Shown: positions 24,319 to 37,195 of the stretch, in pieces
How the letters are laid out: every line of letters starts with the position of its first letter
Position numbering within the stretch: the stretch's first letter is position 1
Program-made: the position numbers and the translations under genes
NCBI GenBank assembly: GCA_032718475.1
Contig: JAUCBJ010003383.1
Coordinates: 133,464-197,463 of the forward strand
Direction of reading: 5' to 3'
From: Nemertoderma westbladi
Lineage: Eukaryota; Animalia; Xenacoelomorpha
DNA: 64,000 nt
Notes under the pieces: generated by a model
Told to the model about the DNA's origin: nothing
The model's input: only the letters and a program-made list of their open reading frames with translations
Databases searched by the model: none

Positions 24319-26533
24319 CTACTACTACTAGGTCGAGCGAACTCGGACAGTGGAAATGAGATCCTTCCAGGCTTCCCGATTCTCCATAGTTGTCGCAATT
24401 TCGTTTCTCCCAAGTTCAGTATCCCTTTCAATTTGATCTATATATGTTATGGCAGGTCGTCCACGACTACGCTTTCCATGAGTTGGTTGCCAGAGAAGTA
24501 GATCTGGTATGACCTCGTCTTTACTTCGCCAGCAGTGCCCACTGAATCTTAATCTGCATTCGCGGAGGATGGTTGATACAGGTGGTATTGTACCATAAAG
24601 CTCGGCGTTTGTCATGTGTTGTCTCCAGCTGATGTTTAGGGCTGCCCTTAGTAGTCTTGTGTAGCAACCATCAATTCGTTGTTCAAGTGATTTAGTCAGT
24701 GTCCAGGTCTCACCCCTGTATAAAAATACACTTTCCACTGTGGCTCGAAAGAACTTGGTCTTCAGGTGCCTGGAGAGATCTGATTTCCAGATGGTATCCA
24801 TTTTTGATAGAGCTACCCAAGCCTTTGCTTTCCTAACTTCTATGTCCTTTTTGCTACTCTCTATCCATGATCCAAGGTACTGGAAGTCATCGACCTTCCT
24901 TAGTTGATTATTATCAATGGTTGTCAAGTTTCCATCAACATTAAAGGTCATGAATTCGGTCTTGGAAGCATTTATATGCAATCCAACCTCCTTAGCAGCC
25001 CTCTCCACTTTATTTAGTAGAAGCTGTGCATCTGCTATCGTATTAGAGAGCAGGGCGATGTCATCCGCAAAGTCGGTGTCTGTGACTGTAGTTGCCGGAT
25101 ATCTACTACTTCTGCGTTCTTGAAGTGTGAATCCCAGATCTTCACCCTTTGTGGCCGTCCTCATTGCGTAATCCAGCACAATTACAAATAGTAATGGTGC
25201 TAATGTGTCACCTTGCAGTACGCCAGCCAGGATTGAGAAAAACTCAGTTTCACCATCTGGTGAGAGTACCTGCGCTTCTGTGTCACAATATAGCAATCCA
25301 ATGCCAGCAACAATTACTTCTGGTATTCCATAAGCTCCTAGGATTTCAAGCATTTTACCTCTATGGATGGAGTCGAATGCCTTCTTGAAGTCCACAAAAG
25401 TCATGACTGCGGGGAGATTCTTTGACTTAATTCCTTCAATCAGTCTCCGTAGTGCAAGTATCTGAGCTATTGTTGATCTACTTGGTCGAAATCCGTTTTT
25501 GCTCTTACGCAGTAGTTTCTCTATGTGAGGCCTAATCCTATATAGAATCATTTTATTGTATATTTTGGCAGCTACCACAAGCAGACAGATCCCACGATAG
25601 TTTGTTGGTATTCCGAGGTCTCCTTTCTTGGTGAGAGGCTTTAGTTGACCTTTAGTCCAAATTGGTGGTGGCTTTTCCCCTTTTAACATCCGGTTGCAAA
25701 CATTCAATAATGGTCTATTTAGCACTCCGGTTTTCCATACCTCCGCTGGGATTTCATCTAATCCACTCGCTTTATTATTGGACATGCTTTTAATGCTTCT
25801 TTGGAGTTCGGCAGGTGTGAAGTCCCCTGTTTCTATAGGTAGTGTCTTGTCATATATTTTCCTTGTAGGGCTGACCTCGATGTTTGGTGGCTGCCCAAGC
25901 AAGTTGCTGAAGTGATTTTTCCACTTCCCAACACGTTCTTCAGGACTATCGGCTTTGAGGCGCCCCTTTGCACAACTTTTCCGACCAGATACCTCATTTA
26001 CAGTTTGCCAGGTAAGTCTTGATTGTTGCTGTATGTGAGTAGTTGTAATTGCTTCAGTTTTATCCTGTATGTACTTTTCCTGGCTGATGTTGTAGGCCAA
26101 TTTAAGATCGTCCTTCGCTTTCTCAACCTTGTTAATGTTTTCGGTTGTTGGTTGTTCGGTTTTAACTTTGTAGGCTATCTTAAGATCTTCTCTCTTACAA
26201 GTAACCTCAGAGTTTTGCCATGGCACATACTGTTTTCGTTTAGGTTTCTGGGGGATATGCCTCTTAGCTGATTCCTTGTGGGCTGTTATTATATTCTGGT
26301 ATATTGAATCGGTGGATTGGTCTTCATCCATTGACTGAAGTGCTTCAAAGCGGTTTTGAACTTCTACTGTATAAGCTTCCTTTACAGCATTGTCAGTTCT
26401 GAGTTTCTCCCAGTCATAGTTGATTTGCTTGCTTGTCCTGGGTTTGCTGGCTCTCAAACTGAGTCTGATCTCTGCAGTCACAATTCTGTGGTCCGAACCA
26501 ATTAGGTTGAACGAGCTGTCGTATTGAATCGAA
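24319..26533 (-). mobile_element. 5'-truncated RTE-clade LINE with an intact RT ORF
   Basis: (AGT)n tail directly after the stop codon. The ORF begins at the end of the APE domain (GSDHRIV). Probable TSD TTCGTGG(T/C)GTA at 24308-24318 and 26534-26544. Confidence 0.88.
24328..26481 (-). CDS. RTE-type reverse transcriptase (partial ORF, APE domain missing)
   Basis: Motifs NYRGI, GFRPSRS, FVDFKKAFDSIHR, GVLQGDTLAPLLF, DFADD, YLGSW and RFSGHCWR...RGRP. Confidence 0.9.
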   Translation of the reverse strand: MTAEIRLSLRASKPRTSKQINYDWEKLRTDNAVKEAYTVEVQNRFEALQSMDEDQSTDSIYQNIITAHKESAKRHIPQKPKRKQYVPWQNSEVTCKREDLKIAYKVKTEQPTTENINKVEKAKDDLKLAYNISQEKYIQDKTEAITTTHIQQQSRLTWQTVNEVSGRKSCAKGRLKADSPEERVGKWKNHFSNLLGQPPNIEVSPTRKIYDKTLPIETGDFTPAELQRSIKSMSNNKASGLDEIPAEVWKTGVLNRPLLNVCNRMLKGEKPPPIWTKGQLKPLTKKGDLGIPTNYRGICLLVVAAKIYNKMILYRIRPHIEKLLRKSKNGFRPSRSTIAQILALRRLIEGIKSKNLPAVMTFVDFKKAFDSIHRGKMLEILGAYGIPEVIVAGIGLLYCDTEAQVLSPDGETEFFSILAGVLQGDTLAPLLFVIVLDYAMRTATKGEDLGFTLQERRSSRYPATTVTDTDFADDIALLSNTIADAQLLLNKVERAAKEVGLHINASKTEFMTFNVDGNLTTIDNNQLRKVDDFQYLGSWIESSKKDIEVRKAKAWVALSKMDTIWKSDLSRHLKTKFFRATVESVFLYRGETWTLTKSLEQRIDGCYTRLLRAALNISWRQHMTNAELYGTIPPVSTILRECRLRFSGHCWRSKDEVIPDLLLWQPTHGKRSRGRPAITYIDQIERDTELGRNEIATTMENREAWKDLISTVRVRST

Positions 26534-26818
26534 TTCGTGGCGTAAGCATACTCAAATTATAAATATTTATGACGAGTAAGGGTCTTGAGCCACGGCTAAT
26601 ATAAAATATTGTTAGTTTACCATATACTGTAGCTATTTCACGCTTCCCGCGCGTCTTCAGTGTTATATTATTTTAAATACAATATGAATAAAATTTAACT
26701 AAAAAAAAAAATTATGTACAGTAGTTATGACTATTTTAATTAAGATATTAGCTGTGTAAATGGCAGACCGGTAGAAGAAGTTGAGCATGGTTAGAAATTA
26801 TATCGGAAATTCATAATG

Positions 26819-28034
26819 CAAATCAAAATTTAAAATTAAAGTATTAAATGTTAAAAAAAAATTTAATAAAATTTAAAATAATAATAGTAAATAAAAACTA
26901 AACCAATGGTGTACCTTATCCTGCTATTAAGTATAATATCTATAAAAACTTATAAATAAAGGCTAATAAAATAATAAAACAACAGTGATATAGTGCATAA
27001 GAATGATATGTATATAAAAACAGATAAAAAAACATCAGAAATAAAAGCAGTAATAAAATCTTTAAAATTAATGAAATAAAACTAACAGAATGATTGAGTA
27101 ATACTAACTACGCTATAGGGTAAATATCCAGAGGGGCCAGCTATACAAAAAGCAAATAGCAGCTGTATGTCTGGAGTTGAAATTATCATAAAGACGGGCA
27201 TGTGGGGTGAGTCACATAGTTAGCAAAACAATAAGCTATAAAATAAAACAAACTGACTAATACAAAATCCTAAGTAGAATATACAAAACAAAGTTCACAT
27301 GTTATAAACACCAGTACCTCGAGTTGTGTGAGAACCGAGGCTATCCGCTGGATTTCCTCCTCTCACTCCATGCATCGAACCCAACACCTCTTGGTCCTGT
27401 GCCGATCACGCAGCAGCCGTCTTTACCAACGGAGGCGGATGGTCCATCAGCACCCCAAAATTAAATAAGACTACATCGAGTGGGCCAAAATACACCTCTT
27501 AACATCGCCCCCCACTTAACACTGTAGTTCCCCGTATTGGTCTGTACTAAAACATGTGAACTTTGTTTTGTATATTCTACTTAGGATTTTGTATTAGTCA
27601 GTTTGTTTTATTTTATAGCTTATTGTTTTGCTAACTATGTGGCTCGCCCCACATGCCCGCCAATGATAATTTCAACTCCATTCATACAGCTGTTATTTGC
27701 TTTTTGCATAGCTGGCCCCTCTGGATATTTACCCCATGGCGTAGTTAGTATTACTCAATCATTCTGTTAGTTTTATTTCATTAATTTTAAAGATTTTATT
27801 ACTGCTTTTATTTCTGATGTTTTTTTATCTGTTTTTATATACATATCATTCGTATGCACTATATCACTGTAGTTTTATTATTTTATTAGCCTTTATTTAT
27901 AAGTTTTTATAGATATTCTACTTAATAGCAGGATGGGGTACACCATTGGTTTAGTTTTTATTTACTATTATTATTTTAAATTTTTTTTAAAAAGTTTTAC
28001 ACATTTTAATACTTTTATTTTAAATTTTGATTTG
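26819..28034. repeat. Long inverted repeat: about 485-bp arms around a spacer of about 250 bp
   Basis: 26819-27303 is the reverse complement of 27551-28034 with scattered mismatches. Confidence 0.92.
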
Positions 28035-28502
28035 AGTTAGTTTTGGTGCTCTAGTGTCTGTTGTTTCGGACCTCCGTCCCATTCGGACCTCCGTCCCATT
28101 CGGACCTCCGTCCGATTCGGACCTTCGTCCTGGAACCAATTCGATTGGACATTTGTCAAGTTCCCCCCTCCAAATAAATAAATTTAAATAAATAAAAAAA
28201 ATATAAATATCCTCTAAATAAATATATCAAATCGATCTATTTTCAAACATAAGTCCCCCATTAGGTCACCCTTGGTTGCCCTGGTTAGATCTTATCCTTT
28301 TTTTATATTTGTTACGGATTAACAAGATTAATTTACGATCCCAATTCTGTGGTTTGACCAGATTCCGGATTTCTTTGGGCACAAGATTTTATTGACTTAT
28401 GACTTCGATATTTATTATAAATAATATACTTCAAAAATATTATTAAATTGTTTGAATTCTACAATTCGCTTTAATTGTAAATAATGTATCATATGACCAT
28501 TT

Positions 28503-28767
28503 CAGATAGGGGGGGGGGGGGGGAACTGGACGCAATATACATTAATCCCTCTCCAGGGGAAATTCGACGCAAATAACAGATGATTACTCTCAAAAATAAA
28601 ACTGTAACCTGTTCTATTGTGTTTAGTTTATTGTTTTGGTTAAAATAACCTGCCACTGTAACCTGCTCCTTTCCCTAAATTGAGAATTTAACATTGAGGT
28701 GGGATATTAATTCGCCAAGGCGGGTTTTGCGTCCAGTTTCCCCCCCCCCCCCCCCCCCCCCTGTCTC
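28503..28767. mobile_element. MITE with poly-G/poly-C TIRs and an 8-bp TSD
   Basis: CAGATA-Gn-AACTGGACGCAA ... TTGCGTCCAGTTT-Cn-TGTCTC. GACCATTT at 28495-28502 and 28768-28775. A partial copy lies at about 18412-18530. Confidence 0.8.
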
Positions 28768-29313
28768 GACCATTTAATATGAAGTAATACGAAGTAATAA
28801 AGTTTCAAACAAATATTAGAAACCTATAAGTCGCCAAATATAAGTTCCAAATATATAATATGCTATAAAACAACTGGCTGTTAAAAACATAACGGCTTTA
28901 ATATTAAACTATGGAATAATAATATAAACTAAAAGGCGTATTAAATTATTTATCGTCCTAAAAGTATCCTATAATTTAATATATATATTATAATAATACT
29001 TTACATTACCGTTATCCTAAATTATAACGCTATAACCGGACAAATTAGTCTGAAGAATCTTCCTTCAAATAAATAGGTATTACAAATTTGTACTAAATTA
29101 TTAAAATATAACCTTAAGCATTATGAATTATCCATAAAAATTAAAATAAAAACTGTAAGGCTTAAGATATAAGGTCCCTTTTCTCGTGGCCAGCCACACA
29201 GAAATCAATTACTGTAGATCGCAGATCGCCTCATAATTATTGTTTGGTAAAACGCGGAAATAATAATAATTAATAAAGAGTATTTTCTGGTTACGATTGC
29301 AACCACAAAGACA

Positions 29314-31800
29314 TTAGCGTAACAGTTGAGTGAGCATGTAGGCGACGATTCCTAACATCGTCGGCGATCCAATGACGCCAGAAAACCTATTTCCGCTCGA
29401 CGGAAGTAGAGCAATCACTCTCGCGGGACCTCCAGTACCACTAATTTTTATAGGCAATGCCATTACAAAAGACCCTGTCGCTGGAACTTCCGTAATTTCT
29501 TTGCTAACATTTTCTAGAACGAGGATATCAGCTGTTGCTAGGATCACGTGGCTCAGGAATGTTGTTGATTTACCATAGTCGATAGAAGCCGTATCGATAC
29601 CTACCATGTTTATCTTTCGTTTTACCAGCAATGTAGCCGCATCCTGGTGCAGACCAGGAAGAGCTATTTTGGACCCATCGTAATTTTCGTTGATCTCATC
29701 GGTTCCCAAGTACTTAAGTCTGTCTGGATAGAACCGGTGCCAACCTGTTGAAAATAGAACCACACTCCCCTCCGGGATCATTCCGTAATCCGCCTCGAAA
29801 TCTCGAATGTCGTCCGTCTAAGAAATTATTTAATATTCATATAATATATTATTTATATTTATCAAAAATAAATTAATAATTATACCAACAAGTTTGTGAG
29901 AAATTCATTTAATAAAAAAGTGATCCATAATGTATCCTTCCTATACATTCTGTAAACCTACTGTACTGCGTAAAATATTATCACTACACATCTCTACACA
30001 CTACCCTAATGGATAACCGCTGAAAATGAGCATCGCTCCTTGCGCTGCTCATTATCAAATTAGAGTAATGTGTTTTTCACTTTATTGCGAATTTGAATTA
30101 TCAAGGTGCAAAAGTGGTGAAAACGGACAAATATTGCAAAGTTTCATTCAATTTTATAAACATCTTCAACTTCAGCTCGGAAGTGGCAAGTTGAGACGAA
30201 GAGGATTTTAAATTTTCAAAACAAAAAAAACAATACATCCATGGATCCTCCCACATTGTCAATCTTAGGATCTTTCGTGCCCCATCGATGAGTTATACGT
30301 GGTACACGCCATCAAACTACACAATGAGTAGTTCTCAACGGATCTATTTGATCGCACGTCTTGAATTTTGCACAAATCCTACAGCACTGACGTCATGATG
30401 TTGGAATGGGGCGATGTGACCTACACATTTTGTGCAATCAATTTGTGAAATAAATAACTTTTTTCAAGCAACCTTTGGTTCTACGTTCTACCCCCTATAA
30501 GTTTATTCTTTCATTGTTTATTCGAATGAGATAGAGTAAGATTGACTACATGGGATCCAAAGAAGTTTATTTTTTCCAAATATGATATGGAAGATTTACC
30601 CAATTTCTCCCAGTTGAGGTTTTGAAGGTGATGGGATGGGTGATGATGTTTATGAAACTGAATAAAACTTTGCAATTAAATTTTAAAAATTCTGTAACTT
30701 TTTGCAACAATTCAAATTCCAAAAAAATTTAAAAATTAAAATATAAAGATGTCCACCCTGGTATCCATGACGTATTAATGAAACTCTTTTATTTAGTGGC
30801 ATCCTGGCTCCCGTTAGTTTCGGTGTCCGGACAATTGTGACTTGGACAATTGCGACCCATGATTTTAGATAAATTGTCCGGGTCGCAATTAGCCTTGCCT
30901 ACTGTGCGTATATTGTTAACATTGTTCAAGCACTATTTAATGGTTTTACTGTTGTTTGTTTTGAATAATTATATTTAATTATTTTTTTTACTAGATATAC
31001 AATTTTTGAAATCTATAATGTTGTATAACTAATTTTATAAGATTATAATGATCCATGATTTACATTAGATCGTTTTATTTTATCTGGGTTCGGACAATTG
31101 TGACCCGGACAATTGCAACCCGGACAATTGCAACCCGGACGATTGCGACCCGGACAATTGCGACCCATGATTTTTGAAAAACTTGCTGGGTCGCAATTAA
31201 TTGTCCGGGTCGCAATTGTCCTAACTCCTTTTTTATATACAGTATTCAACATAAAATATCCAGCGATATCACTAGTCAACAAATATAATTAATTTAACAT
31301 AAATTAACATTTAGGTCAGTATCCTATGTATATATATATAATACAATATGCCCGAGTATTTACATTTAGCCTACATTCTACATACATTTAATACTCACTG
31401 AAATGAGATAATCCCCATTATCTCCAACTTTCTCTGTTACATTAACAACTACAGCTGGACCCATTAGCTTCTCCATTTCCATGGCGTCTAGACGTGGTTT
31501 CCCCTTTACGAAATGATTCAGGCCGTCCATGTGGGTGCTTATGTGTTCGGGGGTAAAGAATTTACCGGTCTCGTAGAATAAATCCTCAGGCTTAATATCA
31601 TCAGGGTTGGTGCTGGTGCGTGTCCACTTATACAGTTCAATGTTGTTTGGCCAAGCGACGGATTTTTCGTTCAACGAATAGGATAAATCTATTGTCCTCG
31701 ATGGTTGGAACGTAAACGAGCCGTCGTTATCACTGACGATTTGGGATGTACCTAGTTGCCAGGTCAGTGATGTGAGCAACAAATAAAGTAGGGTATTCAT
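29314..31800 (-). CDS. Cyclase-family metallohydrolase (kynurenine formamidase/isatin hydrolase-like), paralogue A; complement(join(29314..29817,31399..31800)), 301 aa
   Basis: Signal peptide MNTLLYLLLTSLTWQLGTS. Motifs IDLSY, EHISTHMDGLNHF (an HxGTHxD variant), GPAVVV, GSVVLFSTGW, PGL, GIDTASID, LENV and ALPIKI.GTGGPARVIA. Phase-0 GT-AG intron 29818-31398. Hydrophobic C-terminus. Confidence 0.93.
30822..31229. mobile_element. MITE remnant(s) with 15-bp GGACAATTGCGACCC repeats (cyclase A intron)
   Basis: Direct copies at about 30827 and 31092-31166; inverted copies GGGTCGCAATT at about 30879 and 31188-31221. Confidence 0.7.
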
Positions 31801-32399
31801 TTTATTACTCTTTCAGTAGTTATCCTGACTTTCTGTGAGTAAATATTCATTAATTTCCGTAATTCAAATTAGCCTCTATATTATTATCTATGAAATCCTA
31901 ATAAAAAATTTTCGTTTCAAAATTGAGGTATTTATTGTTCTGAGAATATTGTTTGTTAAATTTCTATTTAAATAAGCCAGAATTGCACAATTTCACAATA
32001 TGACTATATTATTTACTTATAATCTAACAACTTATTGTTATTTACTTGGAAATCAATATAAATAAGCAAAATAAATCAGTAAACTCATCTATATATTACT
32101 ATTAGTAAATGGGGTGAAATTGTTTGGAACATTACCAACATTTTATATTACTCCCCAACGCTATAAAGTTTGATATTGTTATATTAATAAAATTTGTAAA
32201 AGCATTCAGTAATCATCGCTATTGGCCTTCACACGCAGAATGAAATGCATTTATGACAAATTGGCAAACCGTGCTAAATCCAGTTTGGTTTACTTCTCAT
32301 CTTAATCTTAATTCCTCCATTCGGAAGGCTATAACTGTGTGACCTCTTTTTATTGTTTAGCGTTGTATTATCCCCCGGATTAAAACCCTTTGTTGCACT

Positions 32400-32850
32400 T
32401 GTGGGGCGAGCGAAGAAAGTAAGCGAGCTTAGCATACCTCTACTATCTAACGAGCTCATTGATTTCATTTGATTTGAGCATACAGGTACCACTAACTCAA
32501 TCGGGGTGTCTGTTGTTCTGTTGATCTGTTGTGTCCAATTTTAAACGTTAATAACTCAGCCAAATGTTAATGAAATTTAACCAAACTTGGTACACATGTA
32601 GTCTGGCCAAAGTTTAGAAATTTTCCAAGTTGAATTTCCGCGTGGCCTTCGAGAAGCTAAGATAATAGCAGTTAATTAGTTAATTAAGTTGATTAGGGTA
32701 AAAACAGCAATTTCAACCTGCCTCCTTAAAGGATATTAATTATTTTCTAGTATAAGATTTAAATAAATATACTTAAAAGTTGCACAGCTGTAATCCCCAT
32801 ATACCATTCCATTATAGTTTTTAATTAGTTCAAGAAATTTGCTTTAAGAA
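32400..32850 (+). mobile_element. DINE-1/Helentron-associated-like element
   Basis: gcgagcgaag...gcgagc, then GTCTGTT-type repeats and aatttaaccaaacttggtacacatg. It abuts the 21/28-bp array. Confidence 0.45.
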
Positions 32851-32896
32851 ATGTGTTTTTAATTGATGTAAACGTAATTAAGTTAAAGCGATGCGG

Positions 32897-35800
32897 TGCA
32901 TCACATCTATTCCCCAATGGTCAACATCTACTCCATAATGGTGGGTGCAACACCACATCTACTCCCCAATGGTCAACATCTACACGACAATGGTGGGTGC
33001 ATCACATCTACTCCCCAATGGTTAACATCTACTCCACAATGGTGGGCGCAACACCACATCTACTCCCCAATGGTCAACATCTACTCCACAATGGTGGCTG
33101 CGTCACATCTACTTCGCAATGGTGGCTGCACCACATCTACTCCCCAATAGTCAACATCTACTCCACAATGGTGGGTGCACCACATCTACTCCCCAATGGT
33201 CAACATCTACTCCACAATGGTGGGTGCACCACATCTACTCCCCAATGGTCAACATCTACTCCAGAATGGTGGCTGCACCACATCTACTCCACAATGCTGG
33301 GTGCACCACATCTACTCCCAATGGTCAATATCTACTCCACAATGGTGGCTGCACCACATCTACTCCACAATGCTGGGTGCACCACATCTACTCCCCAATG
33401 GTCAACATCTACTCCACAATGGTTGCTGCACCACATCTACTCCACAATAGTGGGTGCATCACATCTACTCCCCAATGGTCAACATCTACTCCCCAATGGT
33501 CAACATCTAATCCACAATGGTGCACCCACCATTGAGGAGTAGATGTTGACCATTGGGGAGTAGATGTTGTGCAACCACCATTGGGGAGTAGATGAGGTGC
33601 AGCCACCATTGTGGAGTAGATGTTGACAATTGGGGAGTAGATGTGGTGCAGCCACCATTGGGGAGTAGATGTTGACCATTGGGAAGTAGATGTGGTGTGC
33701 AGCCACCATTGGGGAGTAGATGTTGACCATTGGGGAGTAGATGTGGTGCAGCCACCATTGTGGAGTAGATGTTGACTATTGGGGAGTAGATGTGATGCAC
33801 CCACAATTGTGGAGTTGATGTTGACCATTGGGGAGTAGATGTGGTGCAGCCACCATTGTGGAGTAGATGTTGACCATTGGGGAGTGGATGTGGTGCAGTC
33901 ACCATTGTGGAGTAGATGTGATGCACCCACCATTGTGGAGTAGATGTTGACCATTCGGGAGTAGATGTGATGCACCCACCATTGTGGAGTTGATGTTGAC
34001 CATTGGGGAGTATATGTGGTGCAGCTACCATTGAGGAGTAGATATTGACTATTGGGGAGTAGATGTGATGCACCCACCATTGTGGAGTTGATGTTGACCA
34101 TAGTGGAGTAGATGTTGACCATTGGGGAGTAGATGTGGTGCAGCCACCATTGTGGAGTAGATGTTGACCATTGGGGAGTATATGTGGTGCAGCCACCATT
34201 GTGGAGTTGATGTTGACCATTGGGGAGTAGATGTTGACTATTGTGGAGTAGATGTGGTGCAGCAACCTTTATGGAGTAGATGTTGACCATTGGGGAGTAG
34301 ATGTTGACCATTGTGGAGTAGATGTGATGCAGCCACCATTGTGGAGTAGATGTTGACCATTGGGGAGTAGATGTGGTGCAGCCACCATTGTGGAGTAGAT
34401 GTCGACTATTGTGGAGTAGATGTGATGCACCCACCATTGTGGAGTTGATGTTGACCATTGGGGAGTAGATGTGATGCATCCACCATTGTGGAGTTCATGT
34501 TGACCATTGGGGAGTAGATATGGTGCAGCCACCATTGTGGAGTAGATGTGATGCACCCACCATTGTGGAGTAGATGTTGACCATTGGGGAGTAGATGTGA
34601 TGCACCCACCATTGTGGAGTTGATGTTGACCATTGGGGAGTATATGTGGTGCAGCTACCATTGTGGAGTAGATGTTGACCATTGGGGAGTAGATGTGGTG
34701 CAGCTACCATTGTGGAGTAGATGTTGACCATTGGGGAGTAGATGTTGACCATTGGGGAGTAGATGTTGACTATTGTGGAGTAGATGTGGTGCAGCCACCA
34801 TTGTGGAGTTGATGTTGACCATTGGGGAGTAGATGTTGACCATTGTGGAGTAGATGTGGTGCACCAACCTTTATGGAGTAGATGTTGACCATTGGGGAGT
34901 AGATGTTGACCATTGTGGAGTAGATGTGGTGCAGCCACCATTGTGGAGTAGATGTTGACCATTGGGGAGTAGATGTGGTGCAGCCACCATTGTGGAGTAG
35001 ATGTCGACTATTGTGGAGTAGATGTGATGCACCCACCATTGTGGAGTTGATGTTGACCATTGGGGAGTAGATGTGATGCACCCACCATTGTGGAGTTCAG
35101 GTTGACAATTGGGGAGTAGATGTGGTGCAGCCACCATTGTGGAGTAGATATGATGCACCCACCATTGTGGAGTTGATGTTGACCATTGGGGAGTATATGT
35201 GGTGCAGCCACCATTGTGGAGTAGATGTGATGCACCCACCATTGTGGAGTAGATGTTGACCATTGGGGAGTAGATGTGGTGCAGCTACCATTGTGGAGTA
35301 GGTGTTGACCATTGGGGAGTAGATGTTGACCATTGGGGAGTAGATGTTGACCATTGGGGAGTAAATGTTGCCCATTGGGGAGTAGATGTGGTGCAGCCAC
35401 CATTGGGGAGTAGATGTTGACCATTGGGGAGTAGATGTGGTGCAGCCACCATTGTGGAGTAGATGTTGACCATTGGGGAGTAGATGTGGTGCAGCCACCA
35501 TTGTGGAGCAGATGTTGACTATTGGGGAGTAGATGTGGTGCATCCACCATTGTGGAGTTGATGTTGACCATTGGGGAGTAAATGTTGACCATTGGGGAGT
35601 AGATGTTGACCATTGGGGAGTAGATGTGGTGCAGCCACAGGGTGGAGTAGATGCTGACCATTGGGGAGTAGATGTTGACCATTGGGGAGTAGATGTTGAC
35701 CATTGGGGAGTAGATGTGGTGCAGCTACCATTGTGGAGTAGATGTTGACCATTGGGGAGTAGATGTTGACCATTGGGAGTTGATGTTGACCATTGGGGAG

Positions 35801-37195
35801 TAGATGTTGACCATTGGGGAGTAGATGTGGTGCAGCTACCATTGTGGAGTAGATGTTGACCATTGGGGAGTAGATGTTGACCATTGGGAGTTGATGTTGA
35901 CCATTGGGGAGTAGATGTTGACCATTGGGGCGTAGATGTGGTACAGCTACCATTGTGGAGTAGATGTTGACCATTGGGGAGTAGATGTTGACCATTGGGA
36001 GTTGATGTTGACCATTGGGGAGTAGATGTTGACCATTGGGGAGTAGATGTGGTGCAGCTACCATTGTGGAGTAGATGTTGACCATTGGAGAGTAGATGTG
36101 GTGCAGCTACCATTGTGGAGTAGATGTTGACCATTGGGGAGTAGATATTGACCATTGGGGAGTAGATGTTGACCATTGGGGAGTAGATGTGGTGCAGCTA
36201 CCATTGTGGAGTAGATGTTGACCATTGGGAGTTTTAACCATTGTGGAGTAAATGTTGACCATTGGGGAGTAGATATGGTGCAGCTACCATTGTGGAGTAG
36301 ATGTTAACCATTGGGGAGTAGATGTTGACCATTGGGAATTGATGTTGACCATTGGGGAGTAGATATTGACCATTGGGGAGTAGATGTGGTGCAGCTACCA
36401 TTGGGGAGTAGATGTTGACCATTGGGGAGTAGATGTGGTGCAGCCACCATTGTGGAGTAGATGTTGACTATTGGGAAGTAGATGTGATGCACCCACCATT
36501 GTGGAGGTGATGTTGACCATTGGGGAGTAGATGTTGACCATTGGGGAGTAGATGTGGTGCAGCCACCATTGTGGAGTAGATGTTGACCATTGGGGAGTAG
36601 ATGTGGTGCAGCCACCATTGGGGAGTAGATGTTGACCATTGGGGAGTAGATGTGGTGTGCAGCCACCATTGGGGAGTAGATGTTGACCATTGGGTAGTAG
36701 ATGTGGTGCAGCCACCATTGTGGAGTAGATGTTGACCATTAGGGAGTAGATGTTGACCATTGGGGAGTAGATGTGGTGCAGCCACCATTGTGGAGTAGAT
36801 GTTGACCATTGGGGAGTAGATGTGGCGCAGCTACCATTGTGGAGTAGATGTTGACCATTGGGGAGTAGATGTTGACCATTGGGAGTTGATGTTGACCATT
36901 GGGGAGTAGATGTTGACCATTGGGGAGTAGATGTGGTGCAGCTACCATTGTGGAGTAGATGTTGACCAATGGGGAGTAGATGTTGACCATTGGGAGTTGA
37001 TGTTGACGATTGGGGAGTAGATGTTGACCATTGGGGAGTAGATGTGGTGCAGCTACCATTGTGGAGTAGATGTTGACCATTGGGGAATAGATTTTGACCA
37101 TTGGGGAGTAGATGTTGACCATTGAGGAGTAGATGTTGACCATTGGGAGTAGATGTTGACCATTGGGAGTAGATGTTGACCATTGGGGAGTAGAT
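32897..37195. repeat. Composite 21/28-bp minisatellite with an internal inversion
   Basis: Subunits TCAACATCTACTCCCCAATGG (21 bp) and TGGCTGCACCACATCTACTCC(A/C)CAATGG (28 bp). Forward from 32897 to about 33520, reverse-complement from about 33521 to 37195. Confidence 0.96.

Larger units (their letters stand above)
23628..28137. mobile_element. Non-autonomous TIR element (17-bp GAAGGTCCGAA subterminal repeats) enlarged to 4.5 kb by nested insertions
   Basis: Left end GGTATTGAGTCGAAAGTCCGAATGAGACGAAGGTCCGAATGGG; right end ...TTCGGACCTCCGTCCCATTCGGACC...GTCCTGGAACC. Flanking 8-bp direct repeat AATTCGAT at 23620-23627 and 28138-28145. Confidence 0.75.
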
